From: an uncultured Acidobacteriota bacterium
Lineage (GTDB): Bacteria > Acidobacteriota > JAQAZP01
Assembly: GCA_963836075.1 (NCBI GenBank)
Contig: CAWIIB010000001.1
Span: 1,408,001-1,472,000 of the forward strand
DNA: 64,000 nucleotides
Direction of reading: 5' to 3'
This document shows positions 49,181 to 58,748 of this stretch, one piece after another. The position numbers were made by a program, and so were the translations under genes. How positions within the stretch are numbered: position 1 is the stretch's first letter; the number at the start of each line of letters is the position of its first letter. Below the pieces are notes generated by a model. The model saw nothing but the letters and a program-made list of their open reading frames with translations, ran no database searches and was not told where the DNA came from.

Positions 49181-51315
49181 GGTCCGCCCCCCTGGTGGTG
49201 TTCCTGCAGAGCGTCAAGATTGCGCCGGGCCTCTGCGTAGCCCGGGTCGAGGGCCAGCGCCTGCCCCAGGTGTTCCTCGGCCTCGGCCAGTTGCCCCATG
49301 GAGACATGGATCGCAGCAAGGTTGTTGTGCAGCACCGCCGCCGGAGCGCCCAGACGGAAACAGGTATTGTACTGCTCCAGCGCAGCCTGGTAATCCCCCA
49401 GGCGATGGAGCAGCGCACCAAATTCCATCCTCACCCCCGGGTCCCCCGGGGCAAGATCCACGGCCTGGCCCAGCAACCGGCCGGCCTCTTCCGGCAGCCC
49501 ACCGGCAATGAGGGCCGCTGCCGCGTAACGCAGCACCCACTTTGAATCGTAACCGATGGCGGCGGCGTGGAAATACTCTTCCTCCGCCTGGTCCGAGAGA
49601 CCCCAGGAACGATACATGTCCGCCTCGTACAGACGGTAGGTGGCCAGCACCTGCCGGGCATCCTGCCAGATACGGCCGCGGCCGACGCGATGCTCTCCGC
49701 GGAAGCGGTAGCTTCCGAACAGCTGGGACGGGTCCCCGGCCCAGCCGGTGCCGGCCGCCGCCAGCAGAATCCCGGCCTGTTCCATCCGCACCGAGCGGTT
49801 CATGCGGTGGGTGTAGAAGACCGGTGCCGGCGCCCCGGCGATAATCCCGGCGTCCACCTCGTCGAGACGCGCCTGGAGTTCCGGGGGCGGCAGGTGTCGC
49901 CAGTTGTAGAGGTCGTATTCGTCACCGAACAGGTTGCCCGCCCGGTCGTGGAGCACCAGATCCCTGCGCTCCCCTTCCACCCGGGTGAGATAGAGCAGCG
50001 GGAATAGGTCAAGATAATGAAAGGCCACCAGGTGCGAGTTCTCGGGCATGGTGGCCAGCATGTTCCGGGCATGGTCGGCGGCGGGCGCGATACGGCTCTT
50101 GTCCTGCCGGGGGAAGATCAACAGGGCCCGGCCGGCCGGAATGATCAGAAGCAGGCACCAGACCAGGACGGTGAACAGCGGCAGGGGCAGACGGTTCTCC
50201 CGAACCAGGCAGTGGGCCGCCAGCCCCACCAGATATTGCACGCCCAGCGCCAGGGCGGCCGCTCCGGCAATACAGGCCGGCAGGAGGTAGCGATACATCA
50301 GGTGCAGGTCGTCCTGGTTGCCGTAGGCCACCACCATGGCCAGGTTGAGCAGTACCAGCAGGAGCAGCCCCAGCAGCACGAACCGGCGACGGTGCCAGAG
50401 AACCCAGGCCCCGACGACGGCCAGTAACGTGCCGGCGGCGCTGAACTCGGCGGCCAGCAGTCCGAGGGCCTGCTTCACCGCCAGCCATGACTGGTATGGA
50501 GTGCGGGTGAATTCCTTGTATCCCCATTGCCCCTGGGTGATGTAAAAGAAAAAGCGCTCCGGACTGTCCGGCCGCGACCAGTTGAGCTCGGGTCCGGCGC
50601 CGGCGCGCAACGGGATGTAAAGGTAGAAGAGCAGCGGCAGGAGGAACGCGGCAACGCAGAGCGGGTAGAGCAGGCGCGAACGGAGGAACCGCCGGTCGGC
50701 GCCCAGCAGGATCAGCGGCAGCGCCGGCAAGACCAGCAGGCCGCTGAAGTGCACCGCCGCGGCCAGCCCGGCGGCGAGGAAGGCCAGCACCGCGGATCGC
50801 CGGTCGCCGCGCCAGGACCCGTGAACGGCCAGGGTCAGGGCCAGGGCGACGAAGCAGGCGGCCATGGTGTAGACCTTGGCTTCCGTGGCGTGGTCCCACA
50901 TGGTGGGCAGAAAGCCGACAAACAGCGCGCAACCGGCGGCCAGCGGCTTGTACTGCCCCAGGGCACGGACGAGGAAGTAGACCGCCACCGCGGTGAGGGC
51001 GCCGAAGATGGCGGAGAACACGTTGAGCTTGAACGCCAGGTCCCCGAAGGGAAAGACGAGGGTGAACAGTTTGCCGGTGAGCAGGAAGAGGGGAAAGCCG
51101 GTGGGATGGGGTACGCCAAGAGTGACCGTGGCGGTGATCAGTTCGCCGCTGTCGCCGAAGGTGACGGTGGGGGCCACGGTTTTGAGATAGACCGCGAACA
51201 CCGTTGCAAAAAGCAGCAGCCCGAGGTAGCGATCGTTCTGGTCGGGACGCGGGTTCTCCACCAGGCGGGGGACCGCCAGGTCCAGGGATCGCCGGAGTTG
51301 TGGAAAGAACGGCAT
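49177..51315 (-). CDS. DUF2723 (TMEM260-like GT-C glycosyltransferase) with TPRs
   Basis: TVAPTVTFGDSGEL...LGVPHPTGFPL, EAKVYT, YLYIPLR and C-terminal TPRs. Confidence 0.88.
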   Translation of the reverse strand: MPFFPQLRRSLDLAVPRLVENPRPDQNDRYLGLLLFATVFAVYLKTVAPTVTFGDSGELITATVTLGVPHPTGFPLFLLTGKLFTLVFPFGDLAFKLNVFSAIFGALTAVAVYFLVRALGQYKPLAAGCALFVGFLPTMWDHATEAKVYTMAACFVALALTLAVHGSWRGDRRSAVLAFLAAGLAAAVHFSGLLVLPALPLILLGADRRFLRSRLLYPLCVAAFLLPLLFYLYIPLRAGAGPELNWSRPDSPERFFFYITQGQWGYKEFTRTPYQSWLAVKQALGLLAAEFSAAGTLLAVVGAWVLWHRRRFVLLGLLLLVLLNLAMVVAYGNQDDLHLMYRYLLPACIAGAAALALGVQYLVGLAAHCLVRENRLPLPLFTVLVWCLLLIIPAGRALLIFPRQDKSRIAPAADHARNMLATMPENSHLVAFHYLDLFPLLYLTRVEGERRDLVLHDRAGNLFGDEYDLYNWRHLPPPELQARLDEVDAGIIAGAPAPVFYTHRMNRSVRMEQAGILLAAAGTGWAGDPSQLFGSYRFRGEHRVGRGRIWQDARQVLATYRLYEADMYRSWGLSDQAEEEYFHAAAIGYDSKWVLRYAAAALIAGGLPEEAGRLLGQAVDLAPGDPGVRMEFGALLHRLGDYQAALEQYNTCFRLGAPAAVLHNNLAAIHVSMGQLAEAEEHLGQALALDPGYAEARRNLDALQEHHQGGGP

Positions 51316-51373
51316 GGAGATCCTCCTCCGCCCGGGGATGGCGGGCGCGGCCGGAGGGGGCCGAACCGCCGGT

Positions 51374-52126
51374 TCAGCCCAGCAGCCCGCCCCTGGAATT
51401 CTCCACGCCGCTGATGTAGCGGATCAGCCGCAGGTGGTTTTCGGTTGAGATCCGGTCAAAGGTCAGGACGTAGAGCGGCCCGTCACCGGGGCGGCTCACC
51501 GCCCGTTTGGCGTCGGCGATGGCCTTCACCGTCCCGGAGGCCCGGACCTCCCCCCCTCCCGGCAGATAGAGCGTGATCTCGGGCAGCACCTGCCCTCTGG
51601 CCAGCAATGACCCGTCCTCGTCTCCGTCCAGTTCCCCGACGCAGGAAAACCCGCCCGAGCTGAGCGAGATCACCAGAAAATTGATCGTGCTTCCCGGGGG
51701 CTTGCCCGGTGCGTCGTCGGGGATCAGGACTCGGAACTCATCCGCCGGTTCAAAATAGACGCGCAGCGCCGTCCGCCGCTGGGTCACCTCCAGTTCCGCC
51801 GGATACCCCAGCTTCAACGCATCCCCGATCCGCTCCTGGAGCGAGGTGCGGAACCGGAAATAGCCGCGCGGCGTGCAGAAGGTGGTGAGCAGAATCGTCT
51901 CCGACTGCAGCTGGATGTTTTTGGCCATCTGCTCCAGGTCATCCACCAGCAGGTAGCTTTCGGTGCTGGAGTATCGCGACTTGATAAGCCGGCCCCGGAC
52001 CCGCGGTCCGTTGTCGTCCCCTTCCAGCTGGAGCTCCACCTGGGTCAGCCGCCGGGAAGCATCCTCGAGGTTGAACCGGATATCGCTGACCCGTTTCAGT
52101 GTGCGCATTGATGACGAGTGAGGCAT
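51374..52126 (-). CDS. YcgR/PilZ-like protein
   Basis: QRRTALRV (RxxxR) and ISLSSGG (variant of D/NxSxxG) after an N-terminal barrel. Start is 52126 or 52108. Confidence 0.7.
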   Translation of the reverse strand: MPHSSSMRTLKRVSDIRFNLEDASRRLTQVELQLEGDDNGPRVRGRLIKSRYSSTESYLLVDDLEQMAKNIQLQSETILLTTFCTPRGYFRFRTSLQERIGDALKLGYPAELEVTQRRTALRVYFEPADEFRVLIPDDAPGKPPGSTINFLVISLSSGGFSCVGELDGDEDGSLLARGQVLPEITLYLPGGGEVRASGTVKAIADAKRAVSRPGDGPLYVLTFDRISTENHLRLIRYISGVENSRGGLLG

Positions 52127-52130
52127 GGCT

Positions 52131-52601
52131 TCAATCGGCCTCCGCCGGCGCCCGGTCTGGAAGTTTCTCGTCCACCACCGCCACCGGCCCGGAAAGGGGA
52201 ACATCTTCCCCGGTGGCCTCCGGCACTTCAACCGGGGGTTCGTCACCATCCTCCGCTTCGGCGCCGGTCCGGGCCTCCCGCTCCTCGGGCAGCGGCCCGT
52301 CAAACACATTGAAAAACCGGCGCAGGTGGTCCATGCCCACCAGACGGTTGAGGTCATCCCGCAAACCAGCCAGCAGCAGCCGGCCACCGTTCTCGTCCAC
52401 CCGGTCCCGGATGGTGCTCAGCGCCCCGATGGCGGACACACTCAGCGTCTGGACACTGCTGAAGTCGAAGTAGATGGTGGTCACCCGGTTGGTCAACAGC
52501 AGGTCGACGTAATCGTTCATCACGCGGAGCTGTTCGAGACCGATGGGCCCGGAAAGGGTCACCACCCCAGAATTCTCAGTTTTTCGCAGGGAGATACCCA
52601 C
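52131..52601 (-). CDS. STAS domain anti-sigma factor antagonist
   Basis: VTLSG, FDFSSVQTLSVSAIGAL and GGRLLLAGL. Confidence 0.8.
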   Translation of the reverse strand: MGISLRKTENSGVVTLSGPIGLEQLRVMNDYVDLLLTNRVTTIYFDFSSVQTLSVSAIGALSTIRDRVDENGGRLLLAGLRDDLNRLVGMDHLRRFFNVFDGPLPEEREARTGAEAEDGDEPPVEVPEATGEDVPLSGPVAVVDEKLPDRAPAEAD

Positions 52602-53110
52602 GGTTCAACTCTCGCCCGCAGCGGGTCGGTTCTTTGAATATGCACGATGTACGATCGGAATCAATCGGGAAAAGTCTAGCCCAGGAGTGAAGGACAGTCA
52701 ATGAGATCAAAGATGGAAAGGAAAACTGTTGGCCGCAAATTCGGCGGAAGCGTCCTGTTCGCCCCTGTTGCGGATCGAAATATTTCCGCCGGCCCTGAAC
52801 TGCATCGCTCCGATGGGATAGATCGCCGCTCTCCAGAAACCGGTCAGCCCGGCACGCCCGTTCACGCGGTTCCGGCTGTCCCCGAACGACGACCGCATCA
52901 AAAGGCGTAGTGCTGAGATAGGTGGATATCGAAAGAACGGTGTGGTCAGGGCAACACCAATATCTCACAACCCGCTCGGTCAGGCAGCAGTCCTTGCGGA
53001 TATTGCTAACATAATCCTCACGCGGCAAGGTCATGGGAGAAACAGACGTTTCATGAAACAGATTCCCGGTGAGAGGGCAAAAATTCCCTCGGAAATATCA
53101 ATCACTGCCG

Positions 53111-53139
53111 TTGACATTTGTGATCGACTTCTATAAATT
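53111..53139 (+). promoter_or_regulatory. Putative sigma70 promoter for tRNA-Arg
   Basis: TTGACA-N17-TAAATT. Confidence 0.5.
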
Positions 53140-53170
53140 TGCCCTCTGTCAAAACGAGCGGTTGACATGC

Positions 53171-53247
53171 GCGCCCATAGCTCAGTTGGATAGAGCGTCT
53201 GACTACGAATCAGAAGGCCAGAGGTTCAAGTCCTCTTGGGCGTGCCA
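53171..53247 (+). tRNA. tRNA-Arg(ACG)
   Basis: GCGCCCA/TGGGCGT acceptor stem, anticodon loop CT-ACG-AA, GTTCAAG T-loop, encoded CCA. Confidence 0.96.
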
Positions 53248-53273
53248 TTTCCTGACCGGGCACCACGAAAGGT

Positions 53274-53315
53274 ACCCCCAGGGCCGGTTTCGGTACCACC
53301 GGCGGGGGGTCTTTT
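53274..53315 (+). terminator. Probable intrinsic terminator after tRNA-Arg
   Basis: ACCCCC...GGGGGT stem followed by CTTTT. Confidence 0.45.
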
Positions 53316-53352
53316 GGTTTTCGGTACCGGTTGAAGCGCGGAGGAGCCGGTT

Positions 53353-53856
53353 TTGGCCGCCGATCCCAGATGGCCGCCCGAAGCGGCCGAATCCTTCATG
53401 CGCCTGGCGCTGGAGGAGGCCCGGCGGGCCCGGGACATCGGCGAGGTTCCCATCGGCGCGGTGGTGGTGGACCAGGCGGGAGAGGTGATCGGCCGGGGAT
53501 ACAACCGGACGATCACCGACATCGATCCCGCGGCCCACGCCGAGGTGATTGCAGTGAAACAGGCCGCTGCGGCGCTGGGCAACCACCGCCTCACCGGCTG
53601 TTCGCTGTTCGTCACCATCGAGCCCTGTCTGATGTGTCTCGGCCTGCTGATTCAGGCCCGGATCCACGGACTGTGGTTCGGCGCGGACGACCCGCAGGTG
53701 GGGGCCGTGGACGGGGTCTTCTCCCGTCTGGAGGAACGCGGCGGGTTCAACCACCGGTTCCACGTTCACCGCGGCCTGTTGGCGGCGGAGAGCCGGGAGA
53801 TGATCCAGTTATTCTTCCGCCAGCGGCGGGAAAATACCGGCTGCGAAAGCGATTGA
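53353..53856 (+). CDS. tadA: tRNA-specific adenosine deaminase
   Basis: GEVPIGAVVV, AHAE and TIEPCLMC. Confidence 0.94.
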   Translation: MAADPRWPPEAAESFMRLALEEARRARDIGEVPIGAVVVDQAGEVIGRGYNRTITDIDPAAHAEVIAVKQAAAALGNHRLTGCSLFVTIEPCLMCLGLLIQARIHGLWFGADDPQVGAVDGVFSRLEERGGFNHRFHVHRGLLAAESREMIQLFFRQRRENTGCESD

Positions 53857-53872
53857 GAATAGAGGAACACGC

Positions 53873-53968
53873 GGAGAGGTACCGAAGTGGTCGTAACGGG
53901 GGCGACTCGAAATCGTCTTGTCCGGTTTATAGCCGGGCACGTGGGTTCGAATCCCACCCTCTCCGCCA
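53873..53968 (+). tRNA. tRNA-Ser(CGA)
   Basis: GGAGAGG/CCTCTCC acceptor stem, CT-CGA-AA anticodon loop, long variable arm, CCA. Confidence 0.95.
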
Positions 53969-54068
53969 GTTTTGATTGATTGACCAGTAGTGCAACCCCA
54001 GGTTTCGGCTGCCGCCCGGTTCATCCCGGTGCAGTGCCGGAGCCGTCCGGTCAGGCCGGGGTGGTTAC

Positions 54069-54158
<90 letters not shown>

Positions 54159-54190
54159 TTCCCTGTCCGGTTGACGTTGGAAATGATCTT

Positions 54191-54460
54191 GGCCGTGCTA
54201 GGCGGGGAGTTAGCGGTGCCCTGTACCTGCAATCCGCTATAGCAGGGCTGAATTCCCTCCCTCGGGGCGCGGGAATCCGGGTTTGGTCGCCCGATGACGA
54301 CATCAGGGGCTCGGGCCCTGTGCAACGTAAATCTGCCAACCCCGTCAGATCCGGAAGGAAGCAGCGGCACGCAGAATCTTACGTGTGCCGCAGACCAGCC
54401 TGAGTTCCGTCCCATCGACGTGGACACCGTATTCCGGTCACAACGGAGGGTGCACGGCCA
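54191..54460 (+). ncRNA. ffs: Signal recognition particle RNA, large (Alu-containing) bacterial type
   Basis: 5' GGCCGTGC pairs with 3' GCACGGCC; Alu-like GGGGAG..AGCGGTGCCCTGTACCTGCAATCCGCT; helix-8 GTCAGATCCGGAAGGAAGCAGC; located just upstream of dnaX. Confidence 0.92.
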
Positions 54461-54504
54461 TTTAATTTTTCAACCGACTGACGTCCCCTACCGCACGCGA
54501 GCGA

Positions 54505-56250
54505 ATGTCGTATCAAGTCCTTGCACGAAAATGGCGCCCCCAGACCTTCGCCGAGATCGTCGGCCAGGAGGCGGTAACCACCATTCTGACCAACGCCATC
54601 GCCCAGGAACGCATCGCCCACGCATTCCTTTTCGCCGGCACCCGTGGTGTGGGCAAGACCACCACCGCCCGGATTCTGGCCAAAAGCCTCAACTGCACCG
54701 ATCGCCAGGGTGCTGAACCCTGCAACGCCTGTGAGGCGTGTCTGGAGATTACCGCCGACAACGCCATGGACGTGCTGGAGATCGACGGCGCTTCCAACCG
54801 GGGGATCGATGACATCAAGAACCTGCGGGAGAACGCCCGCTACGCCCCCTCCCGCGACCGGCACAAGATCTTCATCATTGACGAAGTGCACCAGCTCTCG
54901 CGGGACGCTTTCAACGCACTGCTGAAAACGCTGGAGGAACCGCCGCCCCACGTGGTGTTCATCATGGCCACCACCGAACAGCACAAACTCCCGGCAACCA
55001 TCGTTTCCCGCTGCCAGGTATTCGAGTTCAAACAGATCGCCTCCAGCGCGATCTTCCCCCACCTGGCCAGGCTCTGTGCCGCGGAGGGTGTGGCGATCAG
55101 CGAACGGAGCCTCCAGCTGGTGACCAGGGCCGCCGCCGGCAGCATGCGCGACGGCCTCTCCACCCTGGACCAGGTGATCTCCTTCTGCGGGAAGGAGATC
55201 GATGACCAGCAGGTGCTCCAGTTGCTGGACGTTACCGATTTCGACCTGCTGCAGCAGGCGGCGGCAGCCATCCAGACTGGAGACGCCGCCGGAGTGTTCA
55301 CCCTGGTCCACCGGCTGCAGGACAAGGGGCACGACCTGAACCGTTTCTGCCGCGACCTGATCACCCACATGCGAAACCTGATACTGGTCAGGCTCTTCGG
55401 CCCCGGGGAAACGTCGGGCGACGGTTCGCTGGCCATGCTCACCGGGGACGAACGGCAGGAACTGGCGGCCATGGCCGAACGGTACAGCGAACCAAACCTG
55501 GTCTGGTGCATCGACGTGCTGCTGAAGACTGACCAGGAGATCAAGTGGGCCTCCCAGCCCGCTTTCCTCCTGGAATCAGCGCTGGTCAAACTGGCCCAGC
55601 AGGCCCAGCTGGAACCGCTCAGAGAAATTCTCCGGCGCCTCGACGGCGGCCCCGTTCCGGACACCGGCGGCACGCCGGAAGGGCGGACCCCACGAACCGC
55701 TGCCCCGCCCGCACCCGCACCAATCGCCAGACCGGCCGAATCCGCCGGGAAGCCGGAAGAAAAACCGGCCGGGACGGTGGACGGGCTGCTCACGGCAGTG
55801 GCAAAATCGAAACCGTCACTTCACGGTATGATGACCCTGGCCTCCCGGATCTCTTTTGTGGACGGAGAGCTGCTCATCGAATACGCCGAAAAGAACCGCT
55901 TCCACCAGGAGAGCATCTGCCGGCCGGACAATATGAAGACGATCAGGGAGCTGGCCCGGCACCAGTTCGGCCGCAAGGTGGCGGTCAGGGTGGAAGCAGT
56001 GGACAATCCGGCGGTGGATGCCGAACCGGAACCGGCTTCCGGGCCGCCGATGCCAACCCCGGCTGCTGAACCGCCCCCGGCGGTCAAGGACCGGACGGAG
56101 GCTCCGGCCCCGGATCTGCCAACGGTGGATGAGCCGCTGATCCAGAAGGCCCTGGACCTGTTCGGTGGAAAAATCATCTCCGTGGAACCACCGGACGCTG
56201 CCGCTGGAACCGAATCACCCGCTGAAGGAGGGAACCCTGACCATGGTTAA
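54505..56250 (+). CDS. dnaX: DNA polymerase III subunit gamma/tau
   Basis: [31 protein letters not shown] and SRCQ. Confidence 0.97.
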   Translation: MSYQVLARKWRPQTFAEIVGQEAVTTILTNAIAQERIAHAFLFAGTRGVGKTTTARILAKSLNCTDRQGAEPCNACEACLEITADNAMDVLEIDGASNRGIDDIKNLRENARYAPSRDRHKIFIIDEVHQLSRDAFNALLKTLEEPPPHVVFIMATTEQHKLPATIVSRCQVFEFKQIASSAIFPHLARLCAAEGVAISERSLQLVTRAAAGSMRDGLSTLDQVISFCGKEIDDQQVLQLLDVTDFDLLQQAAAAIQTGDAAGVFTLVHRLQDKGHDLNRFCRDLITHMRNLILVRLFGPGETSGDGSLAMLTGDERQELAAMAERYSEPNLVWCIDVLLKTDQEIKWASQPAFLLESALVKLAQQAQLEPLREILRRLDGGPVPDTGGTPEGRTPRTAAPPAPAPIARPAESAGKPEEKPAGTVDGLLTAVAKSKPSLHGMMTLASRISFVDGELLIEYAEKNRFHQESICRPDNMKTIRELARHQFGRKVAVRVEAVDNPAVDAEPEPASGPPMPTPAAEPPPAVKDRTEAPAPDLPTVDEPLIQKALDLFGGKIISVEPPDAAAGTESPAEGGNPDHG

Positions 56251-56548
56251 CATGCAGAAGCTGATGAAGCAGGCCCAGAAGATGCAGGAGCAGCTCCAGC
56301 AGGAGCTCGCCGCGATGGAATTCACCGGCTCCGCCGGCGGCGAGATGGTCTCGGTGACCGTCAGCGGCTCCAAGGAGATCAAGGCCATCGAGATCAAACC
56401 CGACGTGGTGGATCCCGACGACGTGGAAATGCTCCAGGACCTGGTGCTGGCCGCCATCCGCGAAGCGATGCGGCTGGCCGACGAAGCGGTGGGGGAAAAA
56501 CTGGGCGGATTGACCGGAGGAATGAAAATTCCCGGTCTCAACATGTGA
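56243..56548 (+). CDS. ybaB: YbaB/EbfC nucleoid-associated protein
   Basis: [16 protein letters not shown] and DVEMLQDLV; lies between dnaX and recR. Confidence 0.95.
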   Translation: MVNMQKLMKQAQKMQEQLQQELAAMEFTGSAGGEMVSVTVSGSKEIKAIEIKPDVVDPDDVEMLQDLVLAAIREAMRLADEAVGEKLGGLTGGMKIPGLNM

Positions 56549-56551
56549 TGA

Positions 56552-57166
56552 ATGTCCACTGAACTCGCAGAACCGTTGCGCCTCCTGGTGGAGGAATTCT
56601 GCCGCCTGCCCGGCATCGGGAAAAAATCCGCCCGCCGCCTGGCCTTCCACATGCTGCGCGGCACCGACGAGGACGCCCGGCGCATGGCGGAGACCATCGT
56701 CCAGGTCAAGGAACAGATGAGCCACTGCGAGGTCTGTTTCCAGTTCACCGACCAGCAGCCCTGCCGGATCTGCGCCGAACCAGGGCGCGACCGGGGGCTG
56801 ATCTGCGTGGTCCAGGAGCCGGGCGACATCTTCCCCATCGAGCGGGCCGGGGGGTACCGCGGCCTGTATCACGTGCTGATGGGCGCCCTCTCACCGCTGA
56901 AGGGCGTGGGCCCGGAATCGCTGAAACTGACCGAACTGCTGCAGCGGCTGGACAACACCGGAGAAGAGGACAGGGTCCGCGAAGTGATCCTGGCCACCAA
57001 CCCCGACGTGGAAGGCGAAGCAACTGCGGCCTTTACTCTGCGGCTGATCAAGCCGAGAGATATAAGAGTGACCCGAATCGGCTTCGGCCTGCCGGTGGGC
57101 GGCAGCCTGGAGTACGCCGACGAAGTGACCATGGCCCGGGCCCTGGAAGGCCGCAGGGAGATCTGA
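56552..57166 (+). CDS. recR: Recombination mediator RecR
   Basis: LPGIGKKSA, C4 zinc finger, ATNPDVEGEATA and GLPVGGSLEYAD. Confidence 0.97.
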   Translation: MSTELAEPLRLLVEEFCRLPGIGKKSARRLAFHMLRGTDEDARRMAETIVQVKEQMSHCEVCFQFTDQQPCRICAEPGRDRGLICVVQEPGDIFPIERAGGYRGLYHVLMGALSPLKGVGPESLKLTELLQRLDNTGEEDRVREVILATNPDVEGEATAAFTLRLIKPRDIRVTRIGFGLPVGGSLEYADEVTMARALEGRREI

Positions 57167-57171
57167 GAGCG

Positions 57172-57669
57172 ATGCTGGAAAGCGACCTGATCCTCTACAA
57201 GAAGGACCACGACCGGGTGATGGAGGTGATCGACCGGCTCTACACCGACACCTCCGCCCGCCTGGTGGTGCTGGTGGACAAAAACGGCCAGCAGATCGTG
57301 GCCAAGGGCGACACCGAGGAGTTCGACACCACTTCGCTGGCCTCACTCACCGCCGGCAACGTGGCGGCCACCGACGGGCTGGCCCAGTTGCTGGGCGAAC
57401 GGGAGTTCACCATCCTGTTCCACGAAGGCCAGCGGGACAACATCCACATCTCGGTGGTGGCACAGCGGATCATCCTGGTGGTGATCTTCGATGAGAACTC
57501 GTCACTGGGACTGGTCCGGCTCCGCGTCCGACGTTCCAGCGGTCAACTGGAACGGATTTTCGAGACGATTCTCAACCCCGCGCCGGAAGCCCCGGCGGTC
57601 GCCGAACAGAGAGGCGAAGGGGCCCTGGAAATCACCGACGACGACATCAACCGGCTGTTCGGAGAGTAG
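57172..57669 (+). CDS. mglB: Roadblock/LC7 protein, MglB-type GAP
   Basis: VDKNGQ, DTTSLASLTAGNVAAT, SSLGLVRLR and ITDDDINRLF. Confidence 0.93.
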   Translation: MLESDLILYKKDHDRVMEVIDRLYTDTSARLVVLVDKNGQQIVAKGDTEEFDTTSLASLTAGNVAATDGLAQLLGEREFTILFHEGQRDNIHISVVAQRIILVVIFDENSSLGLVRLRVRRSSGQLERIFETILNPAPEAPAVAEQRGEGALEITDDDINRLFGE

Positions 57670-58260
57670 ATGACCTTCATCAATTACGCAGCGCAGGAGA
57701 TCAACTGCAAGATCGTTTACTACGGTCCGGGGCTGGGCGGCAAGACCACCAGTTTGCAGTACATCCACAACCGCACCCTGCCCTCGGCACGGGGGAAACT
57801 GATCTCGCTGGCCACGGAGACCGACCGGACCCTCTTCTTCGACTTCCTGCCCCTCGACCTGGGCTCCATCCGCGGGTTCCGGGTCCGCTTCCACCTCTAC
57901 ACCGTACCGGGCCAGGTGTTTTACGATGCCAGCCGCAAGTTGATCCTCCGCGGGGCCGACGGAGTGGTTTTCGTGGCCGATTCCCAGCCCGAGCGGTTCG
58001 ACGCCAACGTGGAGAGTGTGCGCAACCTGGAGATCAACCTTCGCGAACACGGCTTCGACCTGCGCACCATGCCCTACGTGATGCAGTTGAACAAGCGCGA
58101 CCTGCCCAACGCCATGCCGGTGGACGAACTGACCAGGCACCTGCGCTACAAGGACGAACCGGTGTTCGAGACGGTGGCCACCAAGGGAACCGGCATCTTC
58201 GCCTCCCTCAAGGACGTCTCGCGCCAGGTGATCGGCAACCTCCGCCGCGGCGCCGCGTAA
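57670..58260 (+). CDS. mglA: Ras-like GTPase MglA
   Basis: [29 protein letters not shown] and NKRD. Confidence 0.95.
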   Translation: MTFINYAAQEINCKIVYYGPGLGGKTTSLQYIHNRTLPSARGKLISLATETDRTLFFDFLPLDLGSIRGFRVRFHLYTVPGQVFYDASRKLILRGADGVVFVADSQPERFDANVESVRNLEINLREHGFDLRTMPYVMQLNKRDLPNAMPVDELTRHLRYKDEPVFETVATKGTGIFASLKDVSRQVIGNLRRGAA

Positions 58261-58289
58261 ACAAACCACCCGCAACCAGTTATGAGTAA

Positions 58290-58318
58290 TTGACATCCCC
58301 GGACGGGGAATCTATAAT
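58290..58318 (+). promoter_or_regulatory. Consensus sigma70 promoter for tRNA-Asn
   Basis: Exact TTGACA-N17-TATAAT; the spacer contains the palindrome TCCCCG-GA-CGGGGA. Confidence 0.8.
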
Positions 58319-58341
58319 CGGCCACTCAAATTGAGAAGTGT

Positions 58342-58416
58342 TCCTCCGTAGCTCAATGGCAGAGCAATCGGCTGTTAACCGATAGGTTGCTGGTTCGAGT
58401 CCGGCCGGGGGAGCCA
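58342..58416 (+). tRNA. tRNA-Asn(GTT)
   Basis: TCCTCCG/CGGGGGA acceptor stem, CT-GTT-AA anticodon loop, GTTCGAG T-loop, CCA. Confidence 0.96.
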
Positions 58417-58748
58417 TATTTTTTGTACAGTCGAAACTGAAGGCCGATCTGGTTAACAGGTTCGCTGGTATTGGACTTCTCCGGGGCTTCTCCATATCCC
58501 CAACTATTCAAAGGCTTACGCCTCCCCCCGCTATCATCACAAACTCTCTGTTCGCGACGGTTACATTCGGTGAACGAGTGCAACCCCGGTAAAAAGGCTC
58601 AATCCGCCCAAAACTCTCATACTCTCAGTATGAGTCTTGGAACGGGTTAACAGCAAATTTCGTGTGGGGTCCCGGATGTGAGTTTCGAAAACACACATCA
58701 GAGTTCGCTGGATGTGTATGGTGGGTTAGATAGCAGCGTTGTTCATTA

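Noticed and set aside
52602-53110. Long intergenic region with a 69-aa ORF (52701..52910), or a possible ncRNA/riboswitch
   Set aside because: No recognisable protein or RNA motif by eye; an Rfam scan would be needed.
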